Below, piece after piece: positions 53,613 to 57,744 of a stretch of 57,744 nucleotides of DNA (the stretch's first letter is position 1; each line of letters opens with the position of its first letter). Origin of the DNA: an uncultured virus (IMG/VR IMGVR_UViG_3300020247_000249) (lineage: Duplodnaviria; Heunggongvirae; Uroviricota; Caudoviricetes). The notes under the pieces were generated by a model that searched no databases, had not been told where the DNA came from, and worked only from the letters and a program-made list of their open reading frames with translations. A program made the position numbers and the translations under genes. The DNA is taken from IMG/VR virus record IMGVR_UViG_3300020247_000249. The stretch is one strand, 5' to 3'.

Positions 53613-54145
53613 TGATTAAGAAGCACTATTATAGTTGGCAAGATGTTGAAAAAATGTGTGTAAGCATAGTCAATCAGATGTACAAAAGTAACTGGAAGCC
53701 TGATTATATTGTAGGAATAACAAGAGGTGGGAATGTTCCTGCTACTATTATTAGTAACATGACTGGCATACGTTGCGAAGCATTGAAAGTAAGTTTACGT
53801 GATGATAGTCGTGATAGCGAAAGCAACTGTTGGATGGCAGAAGATGCATTTGGTTATGGTGACGGCAAAAGTTATCCTAAAGCACGTAAAAATATTCTTA
53901 TTATAGATGACATCAATGACACTGGTGCTACGTTTAATTGGATTATGGAAGATTGGAAAGCAGGTTGTTTACCTGATAGCGAAGCATGGCAAGACATTTG
54001 GCAAGAAAATGTTCGCTTTGCATCACTTACTGAAAACCTAGCAAGTGATTTTGATAAGGTAGATTATACATGTCATGAAGTTAATAAAGCCGAGGAAGAT
54101 GTTTGGTTAGTTTATCCTTGGGAAAATGTTGCTGACTATGCGTGA
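53612..54145 (+). CDS. Purine phosphoribosyltransferase (Gpt/Hpt-like)
   Basis: VGITRGG, ILIIDDINDTGAT PRPP-binding loop, WLVYPWE. Confidence 0.9.
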   Translation: MIKKHYYSWQDVEKMCVSIVNQMYKSNWKPDYIVGITRGGNVPATIISNMTGIRCEALKVSLRDDSRDSESNCWMAEDAFGYGDGKSYPKARKNILIIDDINDTGATFNWIMEDWKAGCLPDSEAWQDIWQENVRFASLTENLASDFDKVDYTCHEVNKAEEDVWLVYPWENVADYA

Positions 54146-54524
54146 AGATTTAATGGTACAACAACAAGTATCAAACGTATGGCAACATATGGTTGGTGTT
54201 ATTTGTTTAAATCAAGTAAACAGGCGACAAACAAAGCCTGTTCTTACAAAATTGTTTAACAAGTATCCTACTGCACATAGTTTATTGCGTAGTTGTACTA
54301 TTCCTATGCTAGAAGAATTATTAGAGCCGTTAGGTATGCAACGTGTAAGAGCAAAAAGAATATATAAGATGAGTGTCCAGATTGAAAACTGGAACGGAGA
54401 AGATGCAACTGAATTATATGGTATAGGAAAATACGGTAATGATAGTTACAGAATATTTTATAAAAATGATATACCATCAGATGTAGAAGATAAAGAATTG
54501 AAGAGGTATATTGAACATGGTTAA
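54138..54524 (+). CDS. HhH-GPD DNA glycosylase, MBD4-like
   Basis: ICLNQ, LLEPLG...RAK, ELYGIGKYGNDSYRIF, EDKEL. Confidence 0.85.
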   Translation: MREDLMVQQQVSNVWQHMVGVICLNQVNRRQTKPVLTKLFNKYPTAHSLLRSCTIPMLEELLEPLGMQRVRAKRIYKMSVQIENWNGEDATELYGIGKYGNDSYRIFYKNDIPSDVEDKELKRYIEHG

Positions 54525-54627
54525 GTTTATTAAGACATGGCTAGGAATCACTAAGGATAGAATAGTTGGTGAGAAGCTCATGGAAAATATGGAAAAGAAC
54601 GATAACACTAAAAAAGATCAGGAGTAA
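54517..54627 (+). CDS. Small hypothetical protein (36 aa), not in ORF track
   Basis: SD GAGG; MVKFIKTWLGITKD... Confidence 0.5.
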   Translation: MVKFIKTWLGITKDRIVGEKLMENMEKNDNTKKDQE

Positions 54628-54629
54628 AT

Positions 54630-54857
54630 ATGACGACCTATGATAATAAATGTACAGTTACATGTACCGACAATGGCAAAGTTGCTGAAGCAGAAGTTGA
54701 TCGTATTGAACCTAAAGATTATTTAAAAATCTTTATGGCAGGCAATAAGATACACATGAAGTGGAACGGTAGAGTATTTGTAGGAAATGCATTTGGTTTT
54801 GAATTTACTACTCCAGGTCCAAGGCAATTTAACAACGCAATTCGAAGAGGCTTTTAA
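54630..54857 (+). CDS. Hypothetical protein
   Basis: SD AGGAG. Confidence 0.75.
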   Translation: MTTYDNKCTVTCTDNGKVAEAEVDRIEPKDYLKIFMAGNKIHMKWNGRVFVGNAFGFEFTTPGPRQFNNAIRRGF

Positions 54858-55231
54858 TGAAGGCTGATACTTTACAAATAGCAAGAGAAGAACAAAGAGC
54901 ACCGTGGACAGAAGTTGAAATAGACACACGTGACTTTACTGTTTTTCGTGACAAGTATCCTGTAACCGAAGGACATTTATTAGTTGTACCCAAAGAAGCA
55001 ACACAAGAAAACATTATGAAATGTTTTAACTTTGCTATTACTATGGGTTATGATAATGTTGCAAGTGAAAAGACTAATATCACAGGTTACAATATAGGTT
55101 TAAATGTAGGTGAAAGTGCAGGACAAACAGTCATGTATCCACATGTACATTTAATATTCCGTCGTAATGGGGACATGGAAGATCCGAAAGGAGGCGTCAG
55201 AGGCGTCATCCCATCAAAGCAAAAATATTAA
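54857..55231 (+). CDS. HIT-family nucleotide hydrolase
   Basis: DKYPVTEGHLLVVP, GYNIGLNVGESAGQTVMYPHVHLI. Confidence 0.9.
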   Translation: MKADTLQIAREEQRAPWTEVEIDTRDFTVFRDKYPVTEGHLLVVPKEATQENIMKCFNFAITMGYDNVASEKTNITGYNIGLNVGESAGQTVMYPHVHLIFRRNGDMEDPKGGVRGVIPSKQKY

Positions 55232-55240
55232 GGAAAGGTT

Positions 55241-55447
55241 ATGACATTGAGAGAAACTTTAATTAGTGCAGCTCGTAAACATGCAGAAGCAGACATTGCG
55301 GTGCACAAAGCAAATATTGAAGTCTATATGCAGCAGGTAGTCGGTATTGGAGAACATTCTGATATTGTTGAAACTATCCAAAAAGAATTGGATAAAATGG
55401 CTGCTGCAACTGATAGACTTGAAATGCTAGACAAGCATTTTAGCTAA
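55241..55447 (+). CDS. Hypothetical protein
   Basis: HKANIEVY...GIGEHSDI. Confidence 0.8.
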   Translation: MTLRETLISAARKHAEADIAVHKANIEVYMQQVVGIGEHSDIVETIQKELDKMAAATDRLEMLDKHFS

Positions 55448-55448
55448 C

Positions 55449-55631
55449 ATGTGTTGGCAAATTAAACTTGAAGAAGATCCGGACACAAAAGAGTTAATCT
55501 TACCTCTACCAACGGATCTTCTTAACCAAATGGGTTGGGATATTGGAGATGACCTCGTTTGGGAGGAGCATATGCCTGGCCAATCTTACACTATTAAAAA
55601 GGTTGACAAACCTGGTGGAAAGAAGGTATAA
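55449..55631 (+). CDS. AbrB/MazE-like small DNA-binding protein
   Basis: ELILPLPTDLLNQMGWDIGDDLVW. Confidence 0.7.
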   Translation: MCWQIKLEEDPDTKELILPLPTDLLNQMGWDIGDDLVWEEHMPGQSYTIKKVDKPGGKKV

Positions 55632-55632
55632 T
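55603..55632 (+). promoter_or_regulatory. Sigma70 promoter, leaderless, for queE
   Basis: TTGACA-N18-TATAAT-N6-ATG(55639). Confidence 0.7.
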
Positions 55633-55638
55633 AGTACT

Positions 55639-56580
55639 ATGAACGATAAAATACAGACACTCGAACAACACGACTTTAGTAAAACAATAGAAAAAAAGTT
55701 TTACTATTCTGAAATATTTTATAGTATTCAAGGAGAAGGACATTACACAGGAGTTCCGACTGCTTGGATTAGATTCTTCTTGTGCAATTTACAATGTAAT
55801 GGGTTTGGACAATTAGATCCAACTAATCCAGATACATATGAATTGCCGTTTGAGGACTTTGATGTTGATAGTGTAAAACGTGTTGAGGACTTGCCTGTAT
55901 GGGAAAAAGGGTGTGATAGTAGTTACACTTGGGCTAAGAAGTTTAAGAAACTAATGGGTCAAGAAACTCCTACTGCTATGGCAAATAAGATTGTCGACTG
56001 CATAAAGAATGATAGCAATCCAGAAGGTAAGTTTTTACATCCTGTAAGTAAACAACATCAACACTTGTGTTTTACAGGTGGCGAACCTTTGATGGTTACA
56101 GGACAACAAGCAGTGGTAGGTATATATAACGAATTAAAAAGACAAGGCAATTTGCCTGGTAGCATGACATTTGAAACTAACGGTACACAAAAACTTAGAG
56201 AACCATTTTTAGAATGGGCTAAGAGTATTGACACAGAAATATTTTTCAGTTGTAGTCCTAAACTATTTACTGTATCAGGTGAGAAACCTGAAAAGGCTAT
56301 CAAGCCCGAACTTGTTGCTGAATATTTACAGGCATCTACAAAAGGACAACTTAAATTTGTTGTAGGTCCGAAACAGCGTGAGTGGGATGAAATGGAAGAA
56401 GCAGTTGAAAAATTTAGAAGTGTTGGTGTTGATTGGCCAGTATGGATTATGCCAACAGGTGCAAGAGAAGAAGAACAAACAGCAGGTGCAGGTGCAGTTG
56501 CACAAAAAGCATTTCAAAGAGGATATAATGTAGCCGCAAGGGTACACGTATACTTGTTTGGTAATGCAATAGGAACCTAG
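55639..56580 (+). CDS. queE: 7-carboxy-7-deazaguanine synthase (radical SAM)
   Basis: SEIFYSIQGEG, RFFLCNLQC...CDS, FTGGEP, FETNGT, SCSPKL, RVHVYLFGN. Confidence 0.9.
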   Translation: MNDKIQTLEQHDFSKTIEKKFYYSEIFYSIQGEGHYTGVPTAWIRFFLCNLQCNGFGQLDPTNPDTYELPFEDFDVDSVKRVEDLPVWEKGCDSSYTWAKKFKKLMGQETPTAMANKIVDCIKNDSNPEGKFLHPVSKQHQHLCFTGGEPLMVTGQQAVVGIYNELKRQGNLPGSMTFETNGTQKLREPFLEWAKSIDTEIFFSCSPKLFTVSGEKPEKAIKPELVAEYLQASTKGQLKFVVGPKQREWDEMEEAVEKFRSVGVDWPVWIMPTGAREEEQTAGAGAVAQKAFQRGYNVAARVHVYLFGNAIGT

Positions 56581-56588
56581 GAGAATAT

Positions 56589-56969
56589 ATGTCATTTTTA
56601 ACAAAAATGCTTGGCTTAGATAAAATTAAAGAAGTTAACGAAGCCAAAGAACAAGAAAAGAATAAACAACTTAGTCCAAAAGAACTTGCGACTAAGAAGA
56701 AAGAACCGTGGGTAGGTGTTATACAAACACACGTTAACAAAGAAAATGTCCGAAATGGCTTTTTTGAGCTTGACTGGAATAGGCATTTCGTGTTACAATT
56801 AGTTAAAGAAGGATACGGAGTTGAGAATGATAAAGAAGAAGAAATTATTGATCGTTGGTTCCGTGAGCTTTGCGCTAATGTTGTTGTTGATGGTGACTAC
56901 GGCGGTCCATTAGAAGGCATGGCAACAGGCAATATAGATATTGAAACAGTAAAAAGAGATAACAAATAA
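56589..56969 (+). CDS. Hypothetical protein
   Basis: SD GGAG; EPWV...GFFELDWN...DRWF. Confidence 0.8.
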   Translation: MSFLTKMLGLDKIKEVNEAKEQEKNKQLSPKELATKKKEPWVGVIQTHVNKENVRNGFFELDWNRHFVLQLVKEGYGVENDKEEEIIDRWFRELCANVVVDGDYGGPLEGMATGNIDIETVKRDNK

Positions 56970-57744
56970 TGACACACATTCTAGTAGATACAGCAAATAC
57001 ATTCTTCCGTGCAAGACATGTAATTAACGGTGATGCTGATATTAAGTTAGGTATGGCTTTCCATATTACACTTAACAGCATTAAGAAGGCATGGCAAGAC
57101 TTTGATGGCACACATGTTGTATTCTGCTTAGAAGGTCGTAGTTGGCGTAAGGACCATTATGAGCCTTACAAGCGTAACAGGCAAGTTGCTCGTGATGCAC
57201 TTACAGAAAAACAGCAAGAAGAAGATACTATCTTTTGGGAAGCATTTGATACATTTAAAGACTTTGTAAGTGAAAAAACTAACTGTACTGTATTACAACA
57301 TAAAGAATTAGAAGCAGATGACTTAATTGCTGGTTGGATACAACAACACCCAGATGTAGATCATGTTGTTGTTTCTACAGACACAGACTTTCAGCAACTA
57401 ATTGCACCTAATGTAAAACTATACAATGGTGTACAAGAAGTAACAACTACACATGAAGGTTACTTTGATAAGAAGGGCAATCATGTTATTGATAAAAAGA
57501 CTAAGGAGCCTAAGACTGTTCCAGATCCGCAATGGTTGTTGTTTGAGAAATGTATGCGTGGTGACACTAGTGACAATGTGTTTAGTGCTTATCCAGGTGT
57601 ACGTAAAAAAGGCACAAGAAATAAAGTTGGTTTACTAGAAGCATTTGAGGATAAAGACCTTAAAGGCTATAACTGGAATAACTTGATGCTACAACGTTGG
57701 GTAGATCATAACGGTGAAGAACATCGTGTACTAGATGACTATCA
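56969..57744 (+). CDS. rnh: 5'-3' exonuclease / T4 RNase H-like (3'-truncated by window), not in ORF track
   Basis: MTHILVDTANTFFRA, SWRKDHYEPYKRNR, LEADDLIA, VSTDTDFQQL, GDTSDNV. Confidence 0.9.
   Translation, partial: MTHILVDTANTFFRARHVINGDADIKLGMAFHITLNSIKKAWQDFDGTHVVFCLEGRSWRKDHYEPYKRNRQVARDALTEKQQEEDTIFWEAFDTFKDFVSEKTNCTVLQHKELEADDLIAGWIQQHPDVDHVVVSTDTDFQQLIAPNVKLYNGVQEVTTTHEGYFDKKGNHVIDKKTKEPKTVPDPQWLLFEKCMRGDTSDNVFSAYPGVRKKGTRNKVGLLEAFEDKDLKGYNWNNLMLQRWVDHNGEEHRVLDDY

Noticed and set aside
55449..55631. AbrB/MazE-like gene as half of a toxin-antitoxin pair
   Set aside because: No recognisable toxin adjacent; the downstream gene is queE
55543..55638. Longer ORF-track starts for queE (also iscU 8183, iscA 7552, 38258, 39235, 52692)
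   Set aside because: They overlap upstream genes or promoters; downstream starts fit SD or leaderless geometry and family N-termini
381..57638. Numerous antisense or nested ORFs in the ORF track (e.g. 46491-46913, 48936-49412, 30964-31341)
   Set aside because: Shadow frames of well-supported genes; no SD, promoter or recognisable motifs
1..57744. Alternative genetic code, tRNA genes, introns or inteins
   Set aside because: TAA, TAG and TGA all end genes at sensible positions; intergenic gaps are too short or show no cloverleaf; PolB, ClpA and the clamp loader are of normal length

Overview
This is a 57.7-kb, AT-rich, densely coding segment of a large lytic tailed phage genome (T4-superfamily-like, probably a jumbo myovirus). 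The host is likely an aquatic Gram-negative proteobacterium; this is inferred from the spanins, KdsA, FdxA, ClpA and a GapR/DsbA-like protein. The standard genetic code fits, and I saw no tRNA, rRNA, CRISPR array or IS element. Modules in order: (1) host-like metabolic genes (sialyltransferase-like protein, QueD, KdsA, glycosyltransferase, phosphomannomutase, UvsE, IscA, Fe/Mn-SOD, IscU); (2) baseplate and tail-fibre genes (9.2-22.0 kb); (3) a truncated DnaE fragment, flavin halogenase, GroES, MazG, cytidylyltransferase, clamp loader, 2OG-Fe(II) oxygenase, ferredoxin and PhoH; (4) a lysis cassette (GH19 endolysin, an ACP-like protein lacking its Ser, spanins, holin candidates); (5) DnaJ-PDF-ClpA; (6) a late-expressed cluster of modular, Lys/Cys-rich probable internal-head proteins (38.0-43.25 kb); (7) family-B DNA polymerase and clamp; (8) a 7-deazaguanine DNA-modification locus (dpdA, unknown gene, dpdL-like, glycosyltransferase, folE, queE, plus distal queD), followed by PRTase, MBD4-like glycosylase, HIT and RNase H. 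Most notable: (a) a hidden 8-Cys metallothionein-like module reachable only by a -1 shift at an A9G run followed by a stem-loop (43124-43249); (b) head proteins built from short modules separated by prohead-protease-like xxE sites; (c) a dpdA-X-dpdL-GT-folE cluster predicting a possibly undescribed glycosylated deazaguanine; (d) compact pseudoknot or hairpin leaders ahead of folE, queD, phoH and the polymerase, three of them overlapping short uORFs; (e) widespread leaderless transcripts from both TAAATA late and sigma70 promoters. All family assignments are by motif recognition from memory; no database search or folding program was run.
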